From Rotaria sordida (taxonomy: Eukaryota), in the NCBI GenBank assembly GCA_905250005.1, contig CAJNOH010000575.1, positions 57,984 through 71,866 of the forward strand: a stretch of DNA of 13,883 nucleotides, written 5' to 3'. This document shows, one piece after another, positions 1-9,883 of the stretch. Below the pieces are notes generated by a model. It did no database searches, was not told the DNA's origin, and saw nothing but the letters and a program-made list of their open reading frames with translations. The number at the start of each line of letters is the position of its first letter. Within the stretch, counting starts at the first letter, position 1. A program made the position numbers and the translations under genes.

Positions 1-60
1 CACCCACACCCACACCCACACCCACACTCACACCCACACTCACACCCACACCCACACCCT
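1..60 (-). repeat. Telomere-like hexamer array (CACCCA)n = (TGGGTG)n on the minus strand; 10 units with C->T variants, may continue left of the window
   Basis: Direct reading: CACCCA x4, CACTCA, CACCCA, CACTCA, CACCCA x2, CACCCT. The orientation (C-rich on the + strand) is what a left chromosome end, or an interstitial copy of one, would show. Confidence 0.85.
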
Positions 61-540
61 TTTGACTACGAAATGAAAGGAACAGATAAAAAGATTTGAG
101 AAATTGAATTTCTTGAGAGAGAGAAAAGAGCTTTGGTGGCAGATAGTAGTGCCCGATTCGGGTCGAGTCTGATCGCGAAATATTTTTTTAAGCTCGGGTT
201 GGGTCAAACTGTAATTAGATCGGGTCGGATCAAGCTACAGTTGGATCGGACCGAGTCAGCTCACCGAAAACTTGACTCATGTCGGATACTGAATCGATTC
301 TCTACTAGACACACGTTAGTTCTTTATTGATACCATTCGCTGCGTGAATTTTATGCAGAAATAATCGAATCTACTGCTAATTTGACATGTATTCTCTCAT
401 GGCGTAATTCAGAACATGGTCTTATATGACTATTGGGTATTTCAGCGACAATATTGTTCTCATCAAAGTTTGCGAAAGGTGAAAATACAATAAAAAAAAT
501 AAATGTTTTTTCTGATTAACTGGTGCACCCTAACAAAAAA

Positions 541-708
541 AGGTTTATTGCCGAGTCTGTATCCGGGTGAAGCACCTTTTAGGTTTCTTACCGATCTTCC
601 GAATCTAAACATGATTGAGTATTGATCTTCTACACCTTTTTAGGTCCAGTAGATCGGTACGAAATCTCAAAGGTTCTTCACTTGGATACATGTTCGGTAA
701 TAAACCTC
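541..708. repeat. Imperfect inverted repeat (foldback), arms about 541-608 and 641-708
   Basis: Left arm aggtttattgccgagtctgtatccgggtgaagcaccttttaggtttcttaccgatcttcc matches the reverse complement of the right arm, aggtttattaccgaacatgtatccaagtgaagaacctttgagatttcgtaccgatctactgg. Confidence 0.8.
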
Positions 709-3011
709 TATTTTTTAAAATGTGAAAGATATGTGGTAACCTGGGCATTAAGTCCAAAAGCCTGCTCCAATTACCGCATCTTACTCTATCCTAAGCAGTG
801 AGCATCAAAAGTGTCGGTTAAGTCGGGTTACGTCAACCCATGAACCAATTTCAACCGTTTCTGAAACTTCAACCGAACTCATAGTTGATACTCGCATAGG
901 ACATTTTCAAGATGTAAGTGAATCATCCGAGGGTCAGCTCATGAGCTCGCTGCACAATCGATGCATTGCTCCATTTTCTAACTTGATGAGAGAAAAACCT
1001 TTTCAAATAAAGTAGTCATACAATAAGAATGTCGATATAGTCCGAGTTAACCATCTTAAACGTTGGAGCTACCACGGAATCGATTGGTTCTTTATCGAAA
1101 AATACGTAATCCACTGGATTTTGACTGTTTCTTGCTAATTCTTTTCCAACTCAGTAAGCATGACCTGAGAAGCAGTTATAGTATAATTGCAGGTCGTCTT
1201 GTCGGTGCTTGGCTGAGACTCAGATCGTCAATCTTTGAAGTTAAAAGTGAAAGGATGTTTTCTCTTATTTTATCACCGAAATAGACACAGAGTATCCTAT
1301 TAAATGAAGTGAAGAAGGACAGTAGGAAGACGACAGAGACAAACTAATGATTTGACAGAAGTTTCCTTTATCTAGTAGATTTACCCAATCTATAGGAACT
1401 CAAGAGAGAACTAATTTCAAGTTCCTTCGGCCGATATGCTTCAATGTGCAGTTACTTACTTGATGATCAAGTGTGAAAGAATTTTGGTGGTTGTCGAACA
1501 GATGAAGCAATTTTTGTGACTACCATCTCGCTTATATACACTTTATGTTTACGCCGATCGTCATCACAACTGTTTTTCTTTACCTTGATGAATAGAGTGA
1601 ATACATAAATATGCCGGCTGACATAGAGAAAATTGATCAGAGCGCCGAGGTGGCTTTCTTATAGCGGAGACTTCTTTTGATGACTCTCGTGCCATGATTT
1701 CTACCTCATGTTGCAGTCATCGGTGATTTTGTTGCATTGTTTACTTTACAATGCTAAAAAAAACAAATTTTCAATTATGCGACAATGTTACAGTCTATTC
1801 CAAAGCAAGTTGTCTTGATCAAGTCCGAAGAAATTTTGAATTTTATTTATTCAAGCTTGTAACTGTATATAACCTGTGCAGAAAAATCATTGCATGAAGA
1901 AGATCACTGCTGAAAGCAGTTGAAATTGGACAATTTCCAAAATAGAAAAGGAAAATGTGACGAATAACACTCTCATATTTTTACATATCTTCTATGTATC
2001 GTCAAAGAGAAAGAATTTAGTTCCTGCTGTATGATTATTAGCTGCTTAAGAACTAATGAATGGACAGCGATAGTAAATATTATCATCCTGATGGTGAATG
2101 TTCTATCATCGATCAAACTCCGGCACTTTTTTCCATCGTTGCTGATTTTACTTTCAGTTCTGTTAAACAACGACGAAGTTAGATCGTAAAAAATTATTTA
2201 CGAAGTGGACAAACTATTATACAAAATTATTGTTTGTACACCAGGTAGATAGGTGAGTATTGACTGCTTCTGCGTCTTTTCCATTTTATGAAGTTGCGAT
2301 AAGGTTTCTTTCTTTCTTGCTTTTTGTTGTTGCACATTTGAATATGTGCAATCTAGCGGAAGATATGTGAACAACATGCCATGTTTGGTTACTTCGATTG
2401 GCAGTCCATAACGTTGGCTGTTTTTTTTTAGAATGTAAATATACGCAATTGTAAGCGATAGCGAGCAAAAACAAAGCCGTTGAAGTCTCTTTCGCTCTTA
2501 GTAGCAACTGTTGCGGAAGAAGAAGAAAAAGACGGCAATAGAAAGATGACATGAAGATCGCTTCAAAATTTGCTGATGTAGAATTACGATGCAGCAAATT
2601 GAATGAAAGAAAAACAATGATTGTTTATTTAAGACACGTAGTTGGAAGACCTACAAATATCAACGATGAATAACTGCAACTTGCAATTTCTCTTTCTTAC
2701 AGAAAAATCAGAGGAGAATATTGTGTTTGCGCACTAAAGTTGTGCTTGAAATATGGAACAATTCATTATTATCAAAATGCGAAGTAAAATCTAGTGCAGA
2801 GTATACTGCTATCTGATGAGATCCTCACTTGCCGAATGCCAAAATCGGTCGTGACAGTTTCAAGCTCTTCGAATTCTATCAAAACAATATTCCGAAAACT
2901 GATGCCTTCACCCTAAATGAGATTTATAGTCGACTGAATGCGTGTTTTTGAGCTTATGAAGAGTATGATACATTAGTCATGATTATTGTAAGATTACCAG
3001 CTCGTCGTCAA

Positions 3012-3066
3012 GGGTGCGGGTGTGGGGTGTGGGTGTGATTCTTCCCTTTTTCAACACCCACACACC
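3012..3066. repeat. Head-to-head telomere-like tracts: G-rich (3012-3037) then C-rich (3053-3066)
   Basis: gggtgcgggtgtggggtgtgggtgtg, a 15-nt spacer, then caacacccacacac. The G-rich side has four G-runs separated by 3-nt loops (G-quadruplex pattern). Confidence 0.75.
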
Positions 3067-3077
3067 ATAATATAAAT

Positions 3078-3476
3078 ATGTTTCAATACAGATATGGTGT
3101 GTGTAATAAATTATGGCCTAGCTGGCGGTCAGTGATTACTCATTATAGTAAATCTAACTCTCGTCATATGACTTCTACTACATCAATGTCGAATACTACT
3201 AGTGCTCAAGTGTCATCGAATATCATCAGCTCGAATACAGAAAGAGTCATAAAACAGCCTGAAAAAACATCCACTATAACAGCAATCATCGACGAGGAAT
3301 CCGACACTGACACACAAGTAGATAAAGAGATCATAATACAGGAAAAGTTTCAACAAAGGAAAAAGAAGAAGAAGGTTGAAGAACAACTACATTCACCTTC
3401 AGTATTACGAAAAGAGATTCTTGACAACAGTGGCTCTAATTTCCACAAGAATAACGAAGACGATGAAGACAAATCA
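3078..3476 (+). other. Uncertain ORF with Ser/Thr-rich then charged, Lys-rich composition; the tail of the called ORF (to 3518) is telomere-like repeat
   Basis: ORF track 146 aa. The body ...TEKVIKQ-like/DEESDTDTQVDKEIIIQEKFQQRKKKKKVEEQ... has protein-like composition, but no family is recognised. The last ~14 aa (GCGGGCGSGCGCA) are encoded by the G-rich array. Confidence 0.2.
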
Positions 3477-3653
3477 GGGTGTGGGGGTGGGTGTGGGTCT
3501 GGATGTGGGTGTGCGTGAGGGCGTGAGTGTGGGTGTGAATCTTCTCGTCATTCGCACAACCACACTCACACTCACACTCACACCCACACCCACACCCTCA
3601 CCCACACTCACACCCACACTCACACCCACACCCATACCCACACCCACACCCAA
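3477..3653. repeat. Head-to-head telomere-like arrays: G-rich (3477-3538), spacer about 16-22 nt, C-rich (about 3555-3653)
   Basis: gggtgtgggggtgggtgtgggtctggatgtgggtgtgcgtgagggcgtgagtgtgggtgtg, then cacactcacactcacactcacacccacacccacaccctcacccacactcac...cacccacaccc. Hexamer-like register with variants. Confidence 0.85.
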
Positions 3654-4996
3654 CAAGTATTCGACAACTCGTTGTTAACAATTACCAATGACTGCAACAG
3701 TAAATTCTATTATTGTCGTGAAAGAAATGTTTGGATTTTCACCAAGACAGTCAGTCTTTTATCATGTAGATTCTTTGGAATTTTCAGTTGTATCTATGCG
3801 GCTGCTAAACAACAATGATTTATTAAAAATATTTCATGAATAGTAGAATTTGCGAAAATTCAGCGACTTTTCTCTGAAGTTCTATAGAAAATGACAATTT
3901 CAATAGTTTTCTATGTAGTTTATGCCAAAAGACACAGAATGTACTTTTTCAACGGTAACTATAGGATTGTCAATAAAATAGAGAAGACTTTTGACCTACC
4001 GTTGATTTTCCAGTCTGTTCAAGGCATCTAAGAGATAAGTACCTTCTATGCCATTCTTTCGAACGTGGATTCTTCTACAAGGAGATCGACGCATTGTGCT
4101 AGCATTGAAAATTTGACTTCATTTTGTGACTTTTTTGAAGCACGTATTTGGAATGATATTCCTCATAAAGTAGTGATAGATCCGATATAGGTCATATCTT
4201 TCGGCTTTCAGAAGCGTCTATTGCGGCTTCATCGAATTCTTTAATATCCTGAAAAGCGTATATTTTTACGTATATCTAATAAATTTGGCAAGCATATTCA
4301 TGCTATAAGGTGTGAAGAGTTTCATACTGGCTATGAGACTTTGTTGTAGAAACAGATATATCTAGATTTTGAACTTTTCAAGAGATAGATTATTGCTTTG
4401 GTCTGCATTGAAACAATTCTTTCATGAATACCAGAAGTGGAAAGCAAATCAGAAATGAGATTCGAGTTTTCTGAGTGAAAACCATTATAGGCAAAGAGGA
4501 GTTGTATTTTTCGACGGTAATGTAAAACAGTACTGCAGTTTTTCTTATGACCTGATGGCAATTCTAATTGGGTCTAAGATTTCGATATCTTACTCAAGTG
4601 AAAAAAATCAACTAGTTGTTTACTCCTTTTTATATAACAATTGGTAATCATCAAAAAAGGCTTGCTTCGCTGACCTCAGCAGCCGATGAAGTTCTTAGAG
4701 CGCAGTAAGTTAACTAATTAGATTCACTTCGTTGATTTTTGTAAAGTTGAGAAACCGTCATGGACTCAGTTGGTGAACATCTGCCTGAAAATCTGTTTGC
4801 GTACAAGAAAATTATCGAATAAATTAAATTGGTCTGTGAAAAATCGTCTGATAATGTGTTCCATTAATGTATAATGTTGAAAACTAATCCCATGATTCTG
4901 TTATAAACTACTAAAACCTGATAGATTACTTCTCAGTGATAGCATGTGTTCAGCCAAGCATAATAGCTAGCATAAATAAATATTTTTTTTGCGTTT

Positions 4997-5101
4997 GATT
5001 CCACAGGATTCTATATGATTCTATATGATTCCATGTGATTCTATTGACTCCGAGTGATTCTATTGACTCCAAGTGATTCTATATGATTCTATCTGATTCT
5101 A
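4997..5101 (+). repeat. Degenerate 10-bp minisatellite (consensus GATTCTATAT/GATTCTATTG) with a 19-bp higher-order unit (GATTCTATTGACTCCRAGT x2)
   Basis: Direct reading: gattccacag gattctatat gattctatat gattccatgt gattctattg actccgagt gattctattg actccaagt gattctatat gattctatct gattctaac. Confidence 0.85.
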
Positions 5102-7382
5102 ACACAATAGAATCAGCTTTTCCCCCCTTGATGGTATGTCATAAGTTTCGTCGATCCATCTTTTTATCTTCATATGCATAGAAGAATACACGGACGACTC
5201 ACTTTTCTTTATTATTCATTTCGTGTATTTGTTCAAAGTGCGTTCGATGAAGCTTCAGAATTGGTGTCATTCCAATACATTCTGAGTTATTTATCAAATA
5301 AAATCTTTAAGAATTTATTGAAAAGCAGAAAAAGAAAAGAATGATATTTTATACATCTGATTGATTAATCGGGTTAAAAATATCTGTTTTTATGCAAGAT
5401 TTTGTATATCGTGTCAAGTACCAATTCATACATTGAAATTGACCTCTAATCGATTAAATAAGAAATGTATGTCTAAGAAACCTGTTGATTAATTGTATTG
5501 ATTACTAGAAAATATTGACAGATTGCTGTATCTAATTAAGATCCGAAATCTAGATATTTCTTTTCGAATGCTTCTAAAACCATTACTTACATCGTCATTT
5601 CTGCATCAAACAGTTGAATGAATGAATATATTCGAGACCAATGTGATGCGATTCTTTGAAATCAGTTAATAGTGCGCACGTCGACTGTCAGTGGATGTAT
5701 TAAAAATTTTCTGAAAAGTTTCGAAATAGCTTAATTACATCTCTATCTTCTTTTTATGTAGTTTTATCTTCTCAATTTTCGTGCATCTGTAAGAACTTTT
5801 GTTTTTATATAATACGTGATATTTTAGAGAATCGCTTAATCAGTTTATTGAAATTGCTAATATCTCAACTTGGTTTATTAACAATTGAACATGAACTATG
5901 TTTTAATGAATGAAGAAAAGCTTTATTCGCGGATTTCACTTCTGAGGTTCTGAATCGTCCGATCTTTACTAATTCTATAGAAGAAGAAGAAAAGAATTTC
6001 ATTGGCACTAAATTGATAAATTTGATCAATTAATGAAAAAGATTTCTCATATAAACTTAAACCATAATGATAAATTAAAAATGTTTTAATTAGTTTCTCA
6101 ATCAAAATTAAGAAGAAAATCCAAGAAAACAAAAACAAAAATAATTGAAAATGAACTTGATCCGACTGAAGAAGAATCTAAAGAATAAATCGATCAAAAA
6201 GATTGAAGATGTGATTTGTGGTTCTTTTACATGATAATGAATTTAAAAGATCTAATCGACTGGAAGAATAAAAATAATCATTCCAAAAGGATTGATATTC
6301 AATTAAATATTCAGAGAACTTTCAATATTTGTCATTGATTTCATTTGTTAATAGAATTTGTCAAGAATGTTTTCTTAGAAATGAAGGGCAACGAGAATCA
6401 TCAAGAAAATCCAGAATGATCATTTGGATTTAATTTCGGAATAATCCATTGAAATAATCGAAAATATTCTCATATTGATTTTCTGTTAAAAATCAATACG
6501 AGAATTTATTTTTTTCACAGATGATTATAAACAGGATGAAATCGATTGAAACTATCGAAGATAAGTTTCTCTTGCTTCTAATTGATCAATTAGACCAAAG
6601 GTTTCAATTGTTGTTGTTGATGATGAATTGAGATTGAAATCATCATTGAAATGAAAGATGAAGATCACATTGAGAATCTCGTCGAAGAAGATAAAATTGA
6701 GCAAAATCTTGAAGATGTTTGTCGATATGCATCACTTGTAAATCGTGTAGGTAAAATAACTCTTTGTATTCGATATTCATCAAAATTATTCACTATTGAA
6801 ATTCTTTCATAAGAAAATTCGTCAAATCTTTGTAAGAATTCTCTCAATCAATTCTGCCCATGTAAACACCAAACGAAAAATACACGCGTTCAACCGCGAT
6901 TTTTTGTAAGCCGTGTCTAGACGCGTTCGATTGTTGGTATATAGAGGCGAACGAAATATGATTCAGGCCCGTTTTAATACAAAAAATATTTACATGGACA
7001 TGAGTTTAAATTCACCAGAGAATTTTTACTAACATCACTTATACAATTGATCTCGTTTTAAAATAATTATTAAGTACTCAAGAATTTTTAAGTCTTTTCA
7101 TATGATTTTTTTTTTAATGTAGTAATTACTGCATTATATACATTACTGTGTTTTTTTTACATTAGCTATATACCGATTTTATGACACAGGAAAATGATTA
7201 TGTCGATAAAAATCTCAATCTATTGATAAAAGACGATTAACTTTTTGATAAGTTTTTATTCAACTCAACTATAGTCCTTTTCCCAATCACAAGCAAATTT
7301 TACTAAGATTTTTTGAAAGATCTTAATGAATTGACTTAGTTTGGCTTATGGAAATCGTAATCAGAAGTTCTTTTCGATACTT

Positions 7383-8302
7383 TTACATGGGGTACTACAA
7401 AAGTTTTTTCGCCCAGCTCTCTTACAAGACTTAGCCAAGAACTAACTATACCGCTGTAATGCCTAGACATATTTAGGGTTATGTGCAAAATTTCAGACTT
7501 CGAAGTCTTGTGCTTTGTTGTAGTTTATCATTTCTTTTTGTATCAGTGATGTAGGTTACACAGTTGCAATTTGTTTATCAGTTTTCCATCTTTTAATAGT
7601 TGTATTATATAAATACACTAGATTACAAGATGCAGCGTGTGAAGCTCTACAATTTACACAAGAGCACTTTCTTTTTATAGTAGCACGTTTCGCTTTCAAA
7701 ATGGACAAAATTTTTATTTACCGCATTCCGGTCATGCAATAATTATATTTTTTTTCACAGAATACGCTACCATTTTTCTTCTTTCATCTTTTTACCATCT
7801 GATATCTTTTTGTAAATAAAAACAAAATATGTAGCAAGACGCAGCATGAAAAGCTGTACAATCTACATAGCCGATAAAAACATCAAACAAGAAAAAAAGA
7901 AATTTCTGGTTCGTGTTATTTTTTCGCAACGTTGAAATTTGGTCGCTGAAAACTTTGTCCATTTTGAAAGCAAAATGTGCAACTATCAAAAAAGTGATCC
8001 TATGCAAATTGTAGAGCTTCACACGCTGCATCATGTGATGTATTTTGTTTTACTAATACAACTTATTAAAGGATTAAAAATTGATACATAAAACCTGATC
8101 ATTAAACCCATTATGTGTTATATTGGGAATCACGTATACCCAGTACAAAGGAAACAATAGACTACAACAAAGCACAAGACTTCGAAGTCTGAAATTTTGC
8201 GCTTAATCCTAAATATGTCTGGACATTATAGCGGTATAGTTAGTTCTTGGCCAAGTCTTTTAAGAGAGCTGGGCGAAAAAACTTTTGTAGTGCCCTATGT
8301 AA
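7383..8302. mobile_element. Large foldback/MITE-like inverted-repeat element, arms about 7383-7713 and 7949-8302, spacer about 235 bp
   Basis: Left arm acatggggtactacaaaagttttttcgcccagctctcttacaagacttagccaagaactaactataccgctgtaatg... matches the reverse complement of the right arm, acatagggcactacaaaagttttttcgcccagctctcttaaaagacttggccaagaactaactataccgctataatg.... The match continues through cagacttcgaagtcttgtgctttgttgtagt and gatgcagcgtgtgaagctctacaattt to gctttcaaaatggacaaa. No clear target-site duplication was found. Confidence 0.85.
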
Positions 8303-8637
8303 TCATACAAATCTAACACTGTATCTCCTCCATTTTAGAGGTTGATCGCAATTTCGTTGTCATCTTATGATAATAATGAATTGAACTATGCCGTCTGACG
8401 AGATCCTTAAGCAAGGTCGGAACCGATCATGGCTCCTAGTTCAGGTCTTAGCATCTTTGTGTGGTTTAGCAGTATCTTTTGTATATGGTCCATCACGATC
8501 ATCTGATGAGTTTTTTAAGAATTTATTTAAACCTCGTACAATTTTTTTCGATTGGTAGATTTCGATTGAGAAAATTAGTCTGATGAAAATATCAATAAAA
8601 TAAAGTCGTATGATATACACGATATGATGACACAACA

Positions 8638-8907
8638 GTAAAGTCAGCAGTGGATTCGAGGTTGTCCTGCCGATATACGCTTCTGGACTTGGGTTGTGGT
8701 TCAAATTCTGCACCGAATGGTGGTATTTTCAAGAGAGTCATCGGGAAAAAAAAGCGTGGTTTTCAATTGAAAATACAGAGTTCACGTCGACTTCTCGTTT
8801 TCGAAATGGAAGATTGACGGTGTTCCCATCAAATTCCTGCTTTCAATCTTAGCAGTTCCAGATTTTCGAAGTAATTTTTCGTTTCACATTCTTGCCATTC
8901 TACTGCA
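8638..8907 (-). repeat. Diverged dispersed repeat, copy 1 (inverted relative to 10790-11025)
   Basis: Its reverse complement (gtagaatggcaagaatgtgaaacgaaaaattacttcgaaaatctg...tttttttcccgatgactctcttgaaaataccaccattcggtgcagaatttgaac...cctcgaatccactgctgactttac) aligns with 10790-11025. Confidence 0.65.
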
Positions 8908-9883
8908 AAAGTACCACCGTATTCCTCTGGATCTCTGCTGATAGAGACATGAATTCACATTTAATTGGTTTGCCTCTATTGCGATCATTCATATTTATTT
9001 GTAATTGAGATTGAAAGTCAATAATATAACTTCCTAACTTAATCGATATGAGTTTTGATTGATACGCATGCTTAATAGTTTGATTATCGTTATTGGAATA
9101 AGGAGTTCGATTTGATACTTAAGTATTTGAAAATAGGTTAGCAGAAGAATTCTAATACCATGTAGTACTTTTTTCTCATAATCGCCACCATGTAGTTTCT
9201 CTCAAAAGATATTACATATCAAAAAGTTTTTAAAATATGCATTATATTTCTCTTCTAAGCAAAGAAAAATGCTTTTTCTATAGAAGAATATTCTTAACAA
9301 CGAAGAAAATTTGATTATTTTTACAATAAATTTGAAAGCATTATGTATTCTTCTTGATTTTGCATAAACATTTAATTTCAACTGCTTTCTATGGTTCATT
9401 ATTTCTTTAACACTATAAAAAATAGAACATAACATTTCACTTTATCGCCTTGCTTTTTTCGCTCTGTTAAAAGAAACTTGTCGTCAAAGAGTAAAAAAAA
9501 CAACAAACACTGTCGTCAACTTTCAAAATGTGTACGAGAAGAAGATATTTTGTGAGGTCTTTTCATAGTATTTTATCAGAATATGAGATAGTCTGATCGA
9601 AAGTTAATGTCCTATACTTGTTATTAGTCACCAAGGTTTTCTTTCAGGCTATGACATTATGAACTCAAAAACTATTATCATTAGCAGCAAAAAATATCTC
9701 CATCAACATGTGCTCTTTTATTGTGATCCAACTTTCGGCAGATCTTCAACACTAACACATAGAAAGTTAGCTGAGCTAAGCCTGATGACCGTTCTGTATT
9801 TACATGCTAATAGTTACACAAAAAATAGAAAATTGATCCACAATTTTATCGTCTCTATGGGATTATAAATAGAGATGCTGTAA

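Noticed and set aside
2286-2597. 103-aa minus-strand ORF
   Set aside because: No recognisable motif and composition typical of a chance frame.
3376-3678. ORFs on both strands encoding (VGVGV)n / (TPTPTP)n proteins (3376-3678 +, 3474-3656 -)
   Set aside because: They are direct translations of the hexamer arrays; any stop-free repeat unit opens such frames.
6661-6750. Acidic exon-like stretch (MKDEDHIENLVEEDKIEQNLEDVCRYASLVNRVG) followed by a GTAAAA donor-like site
   Set aside because: Too short, with no partner exon or recognisable family; not supportable without transcript data.
7792-8034. 80-aa minus-strand ORF inside the foldback element
   Set aside because: Cys/Phe/Tyr-rich product with no family motif, lying partly in the arm. 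Probably a chance frame.
7383-8302. Interpretation as an LTR retrotransposon
   Set aside because: The long repeats are inverted, not direct, and there is no gag/pol coding sequence between them.
8685-8710. tRNA B-box-like sequence TGGTTCAAATTCTGCACC
   Set aside because: No matching A box, anticodon arm or acceptor stem can be built around it, and it lies in the dispersed repeat.
8441-8713. 90-aa minus-strand ORF
   Set aside because: No family motif, and it runs into the dispersed repeat copy.
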